The notes under the pieces: generated by a model
Told to the model about the DNA's origin: nothing
Seen by the model: only the letters and a program-made list of their open reading frames with translations
Database searches by the model: none
Shown: one piece after another, positions 1 through 10,068 of the stretch
Layout: the number at the start of each line of letters is the position of its first letter
Position numbering within the stretch: the first letter of the stretch is position 1
Source of the DNA: an uncultured beta proteobacterium
GTDB taxonomy: Bacteria > Pseudomonadota > Gammaproteobacteria > Burkholderiales > Burkholderiaceae_F
Assembly: GCA_963841815.1 (NCBI GenBank)
Contig: CAWJEE010000027.1
Location: forward strand, 52,800 to 116,799
Reading direction: 5' to 3'
Length of the DNA: 64,000 nucleotides
Position numbers and translations under genes: made by a program

Positions 1-723
1 CTCTTCCTTCCCGAGGCCGATGCCGCGCGACTCGAGGCGCTGGGCCAGATGACGCGGCGCTCGGTGCAGTTCCACTGGTTCAACCGCGGCTACGCGGCGT
101 TCGACGACTACCTCGCGGCGCTGACGCAGCCGAAGCGCAAGAAGGTGCGCGCGGAGCGCCGGAAGGTCGCGGACGCTGGCGTGATGTTCGTCCGCAAGGT
201 CGGTCCGGAGATCGGCGAGGCCGACTGGGCGTTCTTCGCGCGCTGCTACGCGCGCACGTACGCCGCGCATCACTCGACGCCGTACCTGACGCACGCCTTC
301 TTCCTCGAACTGGCGCAGACGATGCCCGAGACGCTGCTGCTCGTCGTCGCGCAGCGTGACGGCCGCCCGATCGCCTCCGCGCTCGCGCTGTTCGACGCCG
401 AACGCCTGTACGGACGTTACTGGGGCGCCGTCGAGACGGTCCCGTGCCTGCACTTCGAGACCAGCTACTACCAGATGATCGAGTTCGCGATCGAGCGCAG
501 GCTCGCCGTCTTCGAAGGCGGCGCGCAGGGGGAGCACAAGCTCGCCCGCGGCTTCGAACCCGTCACGACCTTCTCGTCGCACTGGCTGTCGCACCCGGCC
601 TTCAACGAGGCGGTGCAGCGCTACCTCGAGCGCGAGCACGGCGGCATCGAGGCCTATGTCGACGAGCTGAACGAACGCAGTGCGCTCAGGCGGGATGCGA
701 CGAGCGCAAAGGATGGCGAGTGA
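1..723 (+). CDS. FemAB-like / GNAT-fold protein of the DUF482 family; 5' end lies outside the window
   Basis: Frame 1 is open from base 1 into track ORF 49..723. The translation has family-typical blocks (YLAALTQPKRKKVRAERRKV, GRYWG, HFETSYYQMIEFAIE, FEGGAQGEHKLARGFEP). The family was assigned from memory, not searched. Confidence 0.75.
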   Translation, partial: LFLPEADAARLEALGQMTRRSVQFHWFNRGYAAFDDYLAALTQPKRKKVRAERRKVADAGVMFVRKVGPEIGEADWAFFARCYARTYAAHHSTPYLTHAFFLELAQTMPETLLLVVAQRDGRPIASALALFDAERLYGRYWGAVETVPCLHFETSYYQMIEFAIERRLAVFEGGAQGEHKLARGFEPVTTFSSHWLSHPAFNEAVQRYLEREHGGIEAYVDELNERSALRRDATSAKDGE

Positions 724-895
724 CGCCGACCCATCTCGCTGCTGCCCTCCTGATGGTCACCATCTGGGGCGCGGCACTACGTGCCGGCCCCCGCGGGGAT
801 CATGTGGAAAGCCCCTACCCTGCGTTCGAACGCGGCGCGCTCGCATGACGCCGACCCATCTCGCGGCTGCCCTCCTGATGGTCACCATCTGGGGC
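720..895 (+). repeat. Direct duplication of the EamA gene's 5' end: two 51-bp copies (720..770 and 845..895) flanking a 74-bp unique insert
   Basis: Copy 1 is gtgacgccgacccatctcgctgctgccctcctgatggtcaccatctggggc. Copy 2 is atgacgccgacccatctcgcggctgccctcctgatggtcaccatctggggc. They differ at 2 of 51 positions. Confidence 0.9.
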
Positions 896-1702
896 TTTAA
901 CTTCGTCGTCATCCGCTGGGGCCTGGACAGCGTGTCGCCGTACACGCTGAACCTGCTGCGCTTCGTGCTCGCGGCGTTTCCGGCGCTGCTGTTCGTTCGC
1001 CCGCCGCGCGCTCCGTGGCACCTGGTCGCGGGCTACGGGCTGTTCGCCTTCACGCTGCAGTTCTGCCTGCTGTTCGCCGGGATGGCCGCCGGCATGCCGA
1101 CCGGGCTGGCGTCCCTCGTGATCCAGATGCAGGTGTTCTTCACGATCGGGCTGGTCACGCTGCTGACCCACGAACGCGCGCGGCGCGCGCAACTGTTCGG
1201 GGCGGTCGTGGCAGGCGCGGGCATCGTGTTGGTGGCGCTGCACCTGCCACCGTCCACCCTGCTCGGCTTCGCGCTCACTCTCGGGGCGGCCGCCTCGTGG
1301 GCCGTCGCGAACGTGATCGTGAAGCGGATTCCGGGCGAGCGGCCGCTGGCCGTCGTCGTGTGGGCCAGCGCGGTCGCGGCCGTTGCGCTGGTGCCGATCG
1401 CCGTGCTGGCGGACGGCCCGGCCTATGTCTGGGCGGCGATCCGGGCCATGCCCGCCACGGCTTGGCTGGGAGTCGCCTTCCAGGCGTGGCCGACGACCCT
1501 GCTCGCGTTCGGCATCTGGGCGTGGCTGCTGCGCCGTCACCCGGCGGCGCTCGTCGCGCCCTTCACGCTGCTGGTGCCGATCGTCGGCATGACCTGCGCC
1601 GTGCTGCTGCTCGGCGAACCGATCACGTGGTGGAAACTCGCCGGCGCCGCGCTCGTGCTCGGCGGACTGGGGTTGAACGTGCTCGCAAGTCGCGCGCGGT
1701 AG
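845..1702 (+). CDS. EamA/DMT-family transporter
   Basis: ATG at 845 within track ORF 680..1702. The product is a polytopic membrane protein (MTPTHLAAALLMVTIWGFNFVVIRWGL...) about 285 aa long, with the typical two-EamA-repeat length. Confidence 0.8.
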   Translation: MTPTHLAAALLMVTIWGFNFVVIRWGLDSVSPYTLNLLRFVLAAFPALLFVRPPRAPWHLVAGYGLFAFTLQFCLLFAGMAAGMPTGLASLVIQMQVFFTIGLVTLLTHERARRAQLFGAVVAGAGIVLVALHLPPSTLLGFALTLGAAASWAVANVIVKRIPGERPLAVVVWASAVAAVALVPIAVLADGPAYVWAAIRAMPATAWLGVAFQAWPTTLLAFGIWAWLLRRHPAALVAPFTLLVPIVGMTCAVLLLGEPITWWKLAGAALVLGGLGLNVLASRAR

Positions 1703-1726
1703 GCGCGCGCGGCGACGTCAGGTCGC

Positions 1727-2275
1727 TCAGAACGCCGGCTTGGGCGACGCCGTTTCGTACGCCCGGACCGCGTCGACGATGTCCTTGCGCGCCGACTCCG
1801 GCCCTTCCCAGCCGATCACCTTGACCCACTTGCCGCTCTCGAGGTCCTTGTAGTGCTCGAAGAAGTGCTGGATCTGCGCGAGCCTCTCGGGCGCGATGTC
1901 CGACCACTGCTGCCAGTGCCTGTACCAGGGCAGGACCTTGTCGATCGGCACCGCGAGCAGCTTCGAATCGCCGCCGGCTTCGTCTTCCATCTTCAGCACG
2001 CCCAGCGGGCGGCAGCGCACGACGACGCCGGGCTGCAGCGGGAACGGCGTGATCACCAGCACGTCGAGCGGGTCGCCGTCGTCGGCCAGCGACTTCGGCA
2101 CGTAGCCGTAGTTGCACGGGTAGTGCATCGACGTGCCGATGAAGCGATCGACGAACACCGCGCCGGTCTCCTTGTCGACCTCGTACTTGATCGGGTCCGC
2201 GTGCGCGGGGATTTCGATGATGACGTTGAACTCATCGGGAACGTTGCGGCCGGCGGGTACGTTGTCGAGGCTCAT
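1727..2275 (-). CDS. ppa: Inorganic pyrophosphatase (family I)
   Basis: The 182-aa ORF has [30 protein letters not shown] and DGDPLDVLV motifs. Confidence 0.95.
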   Translation of the reverse strand: MSLDNVPAGRNVPDEFNVIIEIPAHADPIKYEVDKETGAVFVDRFIGTSMHYPCNYGYVPKSLADDGDPLDVLVITPFPLQPGVVVRCRPLGVLKMEDEAGGDSKLLAVPIDKVLPWYRHWQQWSDIAPERLAQIQHFFEHYKDLESGKWVKVIGWEGPESARKDIVDAVRAYETASPKPAF

Positions 2276-2393
2276 GACGATGGTCCTGAATGGAGACGCG
2301 ATTCTACTGACCGCGGGTCGCGTGCCGCGAACGGGTTTGAGCGAGCCCCGGTTTGCTCAATAATCGGGTGACAGGGGCACACGGAGACGCGCC

Positions 2394-3867
2394 ATGGAAG
2401 GCGGCTGGACGGCGACCAAGGGGTCGCACCACTTCATCGACAACCGCTGGGTCGCGTCGGCGACCGGACAGACGATCGACGTGGTCGATCCCTCGGACGG
2501 CAAGGCTTTCGCCCGCATCGCGCGCGGCACCGCCGCGGACATCGACGCGGCCGTGACCGCGGCGCGCCGCGCCGTCGGCGACGCGCTCGACGGGCCGTGG
2601 GGCCGCATGACCGCCACCGAGCGCGGGCGGCTGCTGATGCAACTGGCGCAGGCCGTCGCCGCGCACCACGAAGAACTCGCGCAGTTCGAGTCGCGCACGA
2701 CCGGCAAGCCGCTGAAGCAGGGGCGAGCCGATGCGACCGCCATCGCGCGCTACTTCGAGTACTACGCCGGCGCGGCCGACAAGCTGCACGGCGAGACCAT
2801 CCCGTACCAGGCCGGCATGACGGTGCTCACGATCCGCGAGCCGCACGGCGTGACCGGGCACATCGTGCCGTGGAACTACCCGATGCAGATCTTCGGCCGC
2901 AGCGTCGGCGCCGCCCTCGCCGCAGGCAACGCCTGCGTGGTCAAGCCCGCGGAGGACGCGTGCCTGTCGTTGCTGCGCGTCGCCGAACTCGCGGCCGAGG
3001 TCGGCTTTCCGGAAGGCGCGCTGAACGTCGTCACGGGGTACGGCGCCGAGGCCGGCGCGGCGCTGTCCGCGCATCCCGGCATCGATCACATCTCGTTCAC
3101 CGGTTCCCCCGTTACCGGCACCGCGGTCGCGCAGGCGGCCGCGAAGCACCACTGCCCGGTCACGCTCGAACTCGGCGGCAAGTCGCCGCAGATCGTGTTC
3201 GACGACGCGAGCCTCGAAGACGTGGCCCCGGTCGTGCTGAACGCCATCGTGCAGAACGCCGGGCAGACCTGCTCCGCCGGCAGCCGCCTGCTGGTTCACC
3301 GGCCCGTCTACGAGGCGCTCCTCGAGCGCGTCGGCAAGGCGATGTCGGCGCTGCGCGTGGGTCCCGCCCTCGCCGACCTCGACGTCGGCCCGCTGATCCG
3401 CCAGAAGCCAGCTGCAGCGCGTCTGGGACTTCCTGAGCCAGGCGCAGCGCGACGGCATCCCGATGGCGGCCCAGGGCCACGTCGACGAAGACGCCCCGCA
3501 GACCGGCTTCTACCAGGCGCCGACCCTGTTGCGCGACGTGCCGGCGAGCCATCCGCTCGCGCAGGACGAGATCTTCGGCCCGGTGCTCGTCGCCATGCCG
3601 TTCGAAAGCGAGGAGCAGGCCATCGCGCTCGCCAACGGCACGCACTTTGGCCTGGTCGCCGGCGTCTGGACGCGCGACGGCGCACGGCAGATGCGGATGG
3701 CGCGCAGGCTGCGTTCCGGCCAGGTCTTCGTCAACAACTACGGCGCGGGCGGCGGCGTCGAGTTGCCGTTCGGCGGCGTGAAGTCGAGCGGCTACGGACG
3801 CGAAAAGGGCTTCGAGGCGCTGCTCGGCTTCACCACGCTGAAGACCATCGCGATCAGGCACGGATAG
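2394..3867 (+). pseudogene. NAD(P)-dependent aldehyde dehydrogenase with one frame disruption near 3408
   Basis: The N-terminal two thirds lie in the frame of ORF 2394.. (VTLELGGKSP, NAGQTCSAGSR). The C-terminal third lies in ORF 3463..3867 (EIFGPV, FGGVKSSGYGRE). The join reads ...IRQK|QLQRVWDFLSQAQRDGIPMAAQG if one base (c at about 3408) is removed. Confidence 0.9.
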
Positions 3868-3896
3868 TCGAGGTCGACGGCGGGCGCCGCGCCCGA

Positions 3897-5588
3897 TCAG
3901 CGCGCGCCCGACGACAGCCGCAGGCCGACGCGGCGCACGACGCCGTGGCCGGCCTGCCGCACCGTCAGCGTGAGGCCGCTCACGTCGAGGACGTCGCCCG
4001 CCGCGGCGCGGCGGTGCAGGCGGCGCGACACGAATTCGGTGAGCTTCGTCGCGGGATCGGCTTCCGCCGGCAGCATCGCGCCGTAATACTCGAACAGGTC
4101 GCCGACCGACGCGGACGGGTCGAGCGTCAGCTCGCCGACCGCTGCCGGCGGACCGAACAGGACTTCCAGTTCCGGCAGCGCCGCCTCGGTTGCGACAACG
4201 GTGACGAGGTCGCCCGCACGCAGCCGCTCGACCGCGACGATGCGATCGTCGCGGCACACCTCGACCAGGCTGACCTCCTCCGGCCACTCGATGACCGCCA
4301 GCGGCCCCATCGTCGCCTGCGAAGCCTCGGCCACGCGGAGCTGCACCACCTCGCGCGGCGGCTCGCCGCCTTCGAGGGTGGCGCTCGACAGCGCGACCGA
4401 TCCCGGCGGACGCTGCACGCCGGCCAGTCGCGCCGCCGCGCCCAGCGTGCTTCCCTGCAGCAGCAGCGACATCAGCGTGATCAGGAACGCGATGTGGAAC
4501 AGCGACGAGGCCTGCGGCAGCCCGGCGAGCAGCGGGAACAACGCGAGCACGATCGGCACCGCGCCGCGCATGCCGACCCAGCCGATGAAGGCGACTTCCC
4601 TGCGCGGATAGCGGAAGGGCAGCAGGCAGATCGCGGCGGCGAGCGGACGCGCGACCAGCATCAGCGCCAGCACGACGACCAGCACCTTGCCGGTCACGAC
4701 CGTCAGGAGTTCGGCGACGTCGGTGATCACGCCCAGCAGCAGGAACATCGCGGCCTGCGCGAGCCAGGCGAAGCCGTCGCTGACCCGGAGCACGTCGACG
4801 GTCACGTGGCGCCGCTGGTTGGCGACGATCATTCCGGCGAGGTAGATCGCCAGGAAGCCGCTGCCGCCGAGCACGCTCGCCACCGCGAACACGCCGAGGC
4901 CGCCCGACTGGATCAGCAGCACGTACAGGCCCTCGCCCAGCCGGATGCGCGCCACCACGCGGCCGAGCAAGTGGCCCAGCGCCCACCCAACGGCGAGGCC
5001 GACCAGCAACTGCTGCGCGAACATGGGGGCGATCGTTGCGAAACCGCTGCCCGGCACGCGGATCAGTTCGATCATCGCGACCGTCAGGAAGACCGCCATC
5101 GGATCGTTCAGGCCGGACTCCACTTCCAGCGTCGCCTCGACGCGCTCGTTGAGTCTCAGCCCGCCTCCGCCGAGCAGCGCGAACACCGCCGCGGCATCGG
5201 TCGATCCGACGATCGCCCCGAGCAGCAGTCCGTACCGCCAGTCCAGCCCGAGCAGCGCAACCGCGATGGCGCCGACAGCCGACGCGGTGATGAAGACGCC
5301 GAGGGTGGCCAGCGTCAGCGCCGGCCCCGCGACCATCCGCAGCGTGCCGAACCGCGTGCGCAGCCCGCCATCGAGCAGGATGACGGCAAGCGCCAGGTTG
5401 CCGATCAGCGCCGCGGTCGCGACCGGAACGTCGACGACCGGGGCGCCGGGCAGCTCGGTCGCGAAGAGTCCGACGGCCAGGAAGACCAGCAGCGACGGCA
5501 CGCCCAGGCGCGTCGAGGCCGCGGACAATGCCACCGCCGCGAACAGCAGCAATGAAGCGACGAGCAGCGCGTGACTGATCTGTTCCAC
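3897..5588 (-). CDS. K+/H+ (cation/proton) antiporter of the NhaP2/CvrA type with a C-terminal TrkA-C-like domain
   Basis: The 563-aa ORF has a polytopic N-terminal CPA1-like domain (GLNDPMAVFL, GMRGAVPIVLA) followed by a soluble C-terminal domain. Confidence 0.85.
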   Translation of the reverse strand: MEQISHALLVASLLLFAAVALSAASTRLGVPSLLVFLAVGLFATELPGAPVVDVPVATAALIGNLALAVILLDGGLRTRFGTLRMVAGPALTLATLGVFITASAVGAIAVALLGLDWRYGLLLGAIVGSTDAAAVFALLGGGGLRLNERVEATLEVESGLNDPMAVFLTVAMIELIRVPGSGFATIAPMFAQQLLVGLAVGWALGHLLGRVVARIRLGEGLYVLLIQSGGLGVFAVASVLGGSGFLAIYLAGMIVANQRRHVTVDVLRVSDGFAWLAQAAMFLLLGVITDVAELLTVVTGKVLVVVLALMLVARPLAAAICLLPFRYPRREVAFIGWVGMRGAVPIVLALFPLLAGLPQASSLFHIAFLITLMSLLLQGSTLGAAARLAGVQRPPGSVALSSATLEGGEPPREVVQLRVAEASQATMGPLAVIEWPEEVSLVEVCRDDRIVAVERLRAGDLVTVVATEAALPELEVLFGPPAAVGELTLDPSASVGDLFEYYGAMLPAEADPATKLTEFVSRRLHRRAAAGDVLDVSGLTLTVRQAGHGVVRRVGLRLSSGAR

Positions 5589-5642
5589 GGCCGCATTTCA
5601 GCACGACCGCGAGGCAGGCGCGGACGGGACGAACCCGGAAAA

Positions 5643-7109
5643 TCAGCGGTACACGAGATCGCGCAGGCCGAGCGACAAGGTCGGCACGTAGGTGATGATC
5701 ATCAGGCACGCCAGCACGACAGCCACGAAGGGCAACAAGCGCGGCACGATCTGGTCGAGCGAGATCTTCGCGACGGTGCAGGCCGCGAAGAGGTTGACGC
5801 CGAACGGCGGCGTGATCATGCCGAGCGCCAGGTTGACCACCATCACCATCCCGAAGTGCACCGGATCGATGCCGAAGTGCATCGCGACCGGGACGAGGAT
5901 CGGTGCGAGCACGATGATCGAAGCCGAGGTTTCGATGAACATGCCGATGACGAACAGCGCCGCGTTGACGCCGAGCAGGAAGAACTCGGGCGTCTTCAGG
6001 GTCTCCTTGAGGAAGGCGCCGATCTGCTCGGGGATGCCGGCCCGCGTGATCAGGTACGCGAACAGCCCCGCGTTCGCGATGATGAACATGATCACGGCCG
6101 CCGAGATCGTCGAGCGCTTCAGCGCCTGCCAGACCTCCTTCACACCGACTTCGCGGTACACGAACATGCCGACGACGAGCGCGTAGAACACCGCGACCAC
6201 GGACGCCTCGGTCGGCGTGAAGACGCCGCCATAGATGCCGCCGAGAATGATCACGGGCATCATCAACGCGAACGTCGCCCGCTCGAGCAAGGCCCGGCGC
6301 ACGCGAGGGATGGCGACCAGCGCGACGAAGTACAGGACGCCGAACACGAGCCCGACCAGGTCGGTCACCCGGTCGAACGCGTCCCCCGCCCCCGATCCGG
6401 CGAACAGCGGCCCGACCACGCGATTGCCCAGGTAGAACGCCAACAGGGCGCCGGCCAGTGCCGCGATGTCGATTGCGGCGGTGCGCCACGGCAGCCGGCC
6501 GTCGCCGTCATTGCGACCCCACCCCTGGATCCTGCAGTAGACGAACACGAACAGCATCAGCGCGCCGCCGATCAGCAGGCCGGGGCCGAAGCCGGCGATG
6601 AAGAGCTCGCCGATCGAAACCTCCGCCGCGACGCCATACAGGATCATCGGGATCGACGGCGGGATGACGACGCCCAGTTCCGCGCTGGTCGCCTGCAGCG
6701 CCGCCGCCCACGGTTTCGGGTACCCGTGACGGATCAGCGCGGGTATCAGGATCGCGCCGATCGCGAACGTCGTGGCCACGGACGAGCCGGACACCGCGGC
6801 GAAGATCATGCAGGTCAGCACGCAGGTCATCGGAAGACCGCCCTGCACTCCGCCGACGATCGACTTCGCGAAGTCGACCAGCCGCCGCGAGATGCCGCCG
6901 GTCTCCATCAGGTTGCCGGCGAGGATGAAGAACGGGATCGCCGCCAGCGGGAACCGGTCGATCGCCGAGAACATTTCCTTCGGCATCGCCAGCCACGGCA
7001 GGTCGGTGAAGCCGGCGATCCCGACCCAGGCGGCGAAGCCGATCGCGACGGCGACCGAGATGCTGAAGGCGAAGCACAGCAGCATCGTGACGAGGAGCGC
7101 GATCGACAT
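5643..7109 (-). CDS. TRAP transporter large permease (DctM family)
   Basis: The 488-aa polytopic ORF has DctM-typical blocks (IPFFILAGNLME, GSSVATTFAIG, GMITPPFGVNLF). It carries an extra hydrophobic insert of about 60 aa mid-protein. Confidence 0.9.
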   Translation of the reverse strand: MSIALLVTMLLCFAFSISVAVAIGFAAWVGIAGFTDLPWLAMPKEMFSAIDRFPLAAIPFFILAGNLMETGGISRRLVDFAKSIVGGVQGGLPMTCVLTCMIFAAVSGSSVATTFAIGAILIPALIRHGYPKPWAAALQATSAELGVVIPPSIPMILYGVAAEVSIGELFIAGFGPGLLIGGALMLFVFVYCRIQGWGRNDGDGRLPWRTAAIDIAALAGALLAFYLGNRVVGPLFAGSGAGDAFDRVTDLVGLVFGVLYFVALVAIPRVRRALLERATFALMMPVIILGGIYGGVFTPTEASVVAVFYALVVGMFVYREVGVKEVWQALKRSTISAAVIMFIIANAGLFAYLITRAGIPEQIGAFLKETLKTPEFFLLGVNAALFVIGMFIETSASIIVLAPILVPVAMHFGIDPVHFGMVMVVNLALGMITPPFGVNLFAACTVAKISLDQIVPRLLPFVAVVLACLMIITYVPTLSLGLRDLVYR

Positions 7110-7118
7110 GGCGGCCCG

Positions 7119-7610
7119 TTACTGCTGGGTTTCGAGTTCCCGGTTGATGGGATCGAAGTAGTGAGCGAGCACGGCCAGCAGCGAGAACGTCGCCCCGATC
7201 GGCAGCGCAAGGTACGCCCAGCTGATCGAGATCGGCATGCTCGCGAACGTCTGGAAGCGGATACGCCAGGCCAGGTCGTAGCCGAGCCAGGCAAGCAAGC
7301 CGAGGAAGGCGGCGGTCACGACCAGGATGATCAGACGGACGACCTGCCGCCAGCGGCCGCGCGACCAGCGCAACATGACATCGACCGACACCAGCGCTCC
7401 CTGGCGGAACGCGGCGACGACACCGAGCGCGACAGTCCAGATGAGCAGGCGTCCGATGACTTCCTCGGTCCACGGACTCGGCTGGTTGAACACGAAGCGG
7501 ATCAGCACCTGGTAGAGGCCGAGCACCGAGATCGACGCCAGGAGCACGGCCGCAAGGGCCCAGACGGCGTTCGTCACGACCCGGTCAATCGCGAGGATCC
7601 ACTTCACCAT
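7119..7610 (-). CDS. TRAP transporter small permease (DctQ family)
   Basis: The 163-aa, 4-TM ORF lies immediately upstream of dctM with a 9-nt gap. Confidence 0.85.
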   Translation of the reverse strand: MVKWILAIDRVVTNAVWALAAVLLASISVLGLYQVLIRFVFNQPSPWTEEVIGRLLIWTVALGVVAAFRQGALVSVDVMLRWSRGRWRQVVRLIILVVTAAFLGLLAWLGYDLAWRIRFQTFASMPISISWAYLALPIGATFSLLAVLAHYFDPINRELETQQ

Positions 7611-7620
7611 GTCGGCACGC

Positions 7621-7654
7621 AGTAAAAAGGGCCCCGGGGGTTCCCACGGGGCCC
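7621..7654 (-). terminator. Intercistronic hairpin plus T-tract between dctP and dctQ (partial terminator or mRNA stabiliser)
   Basis: On the minus strand the sequence reads gggccccg-tgggaacccc-cggggccc followed by ttttt. The stem is 8 bp and fully G/C. Confidence 0.6.
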
Positions 7655-7676
7655 GCGTTCGAAGACCGCCTGGACC

Positions 7677-8655
7677 TTACTTGACGTCCTGGATGCGCTG
7701 ATGTTCTCGGCCCCGTACTGCTTCGCGAACTCGCTCCACACCGGGGTCATCGCGGTGCGGAAGGCCTGGCCGTCGACGTTGGTCACGACCTCCATGCCGC
7801 CGCGCGCAGTTGCGCGATGCCGTCGCGTTCGTCGTCGTTGACCTTCTTGCGCTGCGCCGCCGAGCCGGCCTTGCGCCGCTTCGCGGAATGCGGCCTTGTC
7901 GGCGTCCGACAGCTTGTTCCACAGCGCCGGCGACATCGATCAGCAGCGCCGGCGAGTACACGTGACCGGTCAGCGACAGGTGCTTCTGCACCTGCGACGA
8001 ACTTGGCCGACAGGATCACCGGGATCGGGTTCTCCTGGCCGTCGACCGTGCCCTGCTGCAAGCGCGTGAACAGTTCCGAGAACGCCATCGGCGTCGGCTG
8101 GATGCCGATCGACTGGAAGGCCTGGATGTGCACCTTGTTCTGCATGCTGCGGATCTTCAGGCCCTTGACGTCGTCCGGCTTGATGATCGGCGCGCTGCTG
8201 TTCGTCAGGTGGCGGAATCCGTTCTCGGTCCAGGCGAGCGCGATCAGCCCCTTGGACGGGAACTTGGCCAGGAGTCTCCTGGCCGATCGGGCCGTCGAGC
8301 ACGCGCGCGCGTGATCGTAGTCGCGGAACAGGAACGGGATGTCGACGATGTTCGACCTCCGGCACGAAGTTGCCGACCGGGTCCGGTCGAGGTGTTCGAC
8401 GACGTCGAGCGTGCCGAGCTGCACGGCCTCGATCATCTCGCGCTCGCCGCCCAGCGCCGAATTCGCGAACATCTGGCACTTGTAGCGGCCGGACGTGCGC
8501 TTCTCGAGATCCTCGCAGAAGGCTGCCGATCCGACCCCGTAGTGCGAGGTCGGCGCGGTGGCGTAGCCGATCTCGATGGTCGTCTGCGCGACGACCGGCA
8601 CGGAGACGAATGCCCCCGCAAACGCAATCGCACCTACCAGTTTCATCAGCTTCAT
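7677..8655 (-). pseudogene. TRAP substrate-binding protein (DctP family) with about 9 frame switches in under 1 kb
   Basis: The start MKLMKLVGAIAFAGAFVSVPVVAQ has an AGGAGA Shine-Dalgarno. A DctP-like sequence can be followed only by hopping among three frames (segments ...TLDVV / DPVGNFVPEVE / IVDIPFLFRDYDHARA / VLDGPIGQE / LLAKFPSKGLIALAWTENGFRH...ILSAKF / QKHLSLTGHVYSPALLI / MSPALWNKLSDADKAAFREAA / KAGSAAQRKKVNDDERDGIAQLRA / GGMEVVTNVDGQAF...AENISA / IQDVK*). Confidence 0.85.
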
Positions 8656-8807
8656 CGCAGTGTCTCCTGCCTCTTGTTTGATCGTTCGCCCGGAGGGTCC
8701 GCGGTCGGGTTCGCAAGTATGCGGGCGCGGACATCGTCTGTCAAGCGAAGCAGGGCCTGGCACGCTAGGCTCGCGCAGCGCCGGGTTGGCACGCCTAGTG
8801 CGTAATG

Positions 8808-10066
8808 TCACGCATGCTCGCGCGTCATGGAGCGATCGCTCTTCGGTGAAGGCGCCGGCAGGTTGGCGAAGCCGAGCGCCGCCTCGCGGTACTGGCGCGC
8901 CGCCTCGGCTTCGTCGCCCACGGTCTCGGCGAGCCGCGCGAGCGCGAGGAACGTCGACGGGTGACTCGCCTCCGTGAGGCTGTCCTGGAGGTAACCCTTC
9001 GACTTGCCCCACAACTGCTCGCGCAGGCAGATCAATCCCCGCCGTGCGAAGCAGGGCCGCGCGGATCGGGCCGCGCGGCGGCGCCTGCGCCAGCCACGCC
9101 TCCGCGCGCTCCAGCTGGCCGCGCGCGGGAAAGGCCTGCGCCCGTGCGTATTCGTCGAGCAGCCGCTCCGCCATGTCGTCCCACGCGACCGGCGACTTGC
9201 CGAGGGCGGTCTCGATGACTCTCTGCGGCGAGGTGGCCGCGTCCCGCGATGTTCAGCAGCCGCGCGCCGTCCAGCGCGATCTCGGGCAGTCTCGCGATCG
9301 GCCTGCGGCAGGCGCGCGCCACGATGCTTCGAGCGCGACGGGATCGTGGCGCTGCGCCAGCATCAACTCCCGGTAGATCGCGTGCTTCAGCTTGCGGGCG
9401 AGGATCGGATGCAGCGCGTTGCGCTTCTCGAGCAGGCGCACGGCCTTCAGCGCGTCGTCCCAGCGGCCGGATTGCAGGTTGGCATTGAGCGCGATCCGCG
9501 TGGCATGGATATGGCGCGCGCCGGAGCCATGGAGACGATCGATGGCGTCGAGCGCCGAGTCGTTCTCGCGCTGCTCGGTCCACATCTCGGCGCTGGTCAC
9601 GAGACGCGCGGTCTGCATCGCCTGATCGCCCTCGGCCCGGTGCAGCCACTCGTCGCGCCGCTCGTATTCCTGCATCCGGTGCGCGGCGCGCGCGCCGATC
9701 AGCGCCGCCACGCCGGCAGTCGTGTCGGACGACTGCGCCGCGCGCGCGGCCTTCTCGGCCCGCGCAAAGCGCCCTTCGAGCAGGCTTCTCACGGCTTCGA
9801 CCAGCGCCTGCTGGCCGCCGATCTCCTCGCGGCGCGTGCGATACAGCCGCACCTGCTCCGGAAAGTCCACCACCTTCTGGATCGCGCGGGCGACCCAGTA
9901 CACGACGGCCAGCAGGACCATCAGCACGACGATGAACAGGTTCAGCGAAACGTCGATCGCGGTACGGATGCACCAGGAACGCGACGTTGCCGGCATTGAT
10001 CTGCAGGATCAGCGCGACGACTGCCGCCAGCACCGCGAGCAGCAACGCCGACGTCAGCCAGCGCAT
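8808..10066 (-). pseudogene. hemY: HemY-like protein (haem biosynthesis-associated, TPR) with about 4 frame switches
   Basis: The N-terminus MRWLTSALLLAVLAAVVALILQ... continues in ORF 9253..9996, then in two other frames (LPEIALDGARLLNIAG / DAATSPQRVIETALGKSPVAWDDMAERLLDEYARAQ... / ICLREQLWGKSKGYLQ...). The switches are at about 9960, 9295, 9240 and 9035. The gene lies downstream of hemX. Confidence 0.8.
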
Positions 10067-10068
10067 CG

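Noticed and set aside
720-895. Whether the 51-bp direct repeats are target-site duplications of a mobile element.
   Set aside because: 51 bp is far longer than typical target-site duplications. The 74-nt insert has no terminal inverted repeats or coding capacity. I therefore report it as a duplication/insertion of unknown mechanism. A loose resemblance between this insert (ggaaagcccctaccctgcgttcgaa) and the narG-narH insert (ggaaatccatgtacccccacgttcaca) is too weak in GC-rich DNA to claim homology.
8757-8805. Two TGGCACG-containing motifs on the plus strand (ctggcacgctaggctcgc and ttggcacgcctagtgcg) resemble sigma-54 -24/-12 elements.
   Set aside because: They point into the 3' end of the minus-strand hemY gene, with no plus-strand gene downstream. 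The first lacks the TTGC element. They are partly complementary to each other and more likely form a hairpin at the end of the hem operon.
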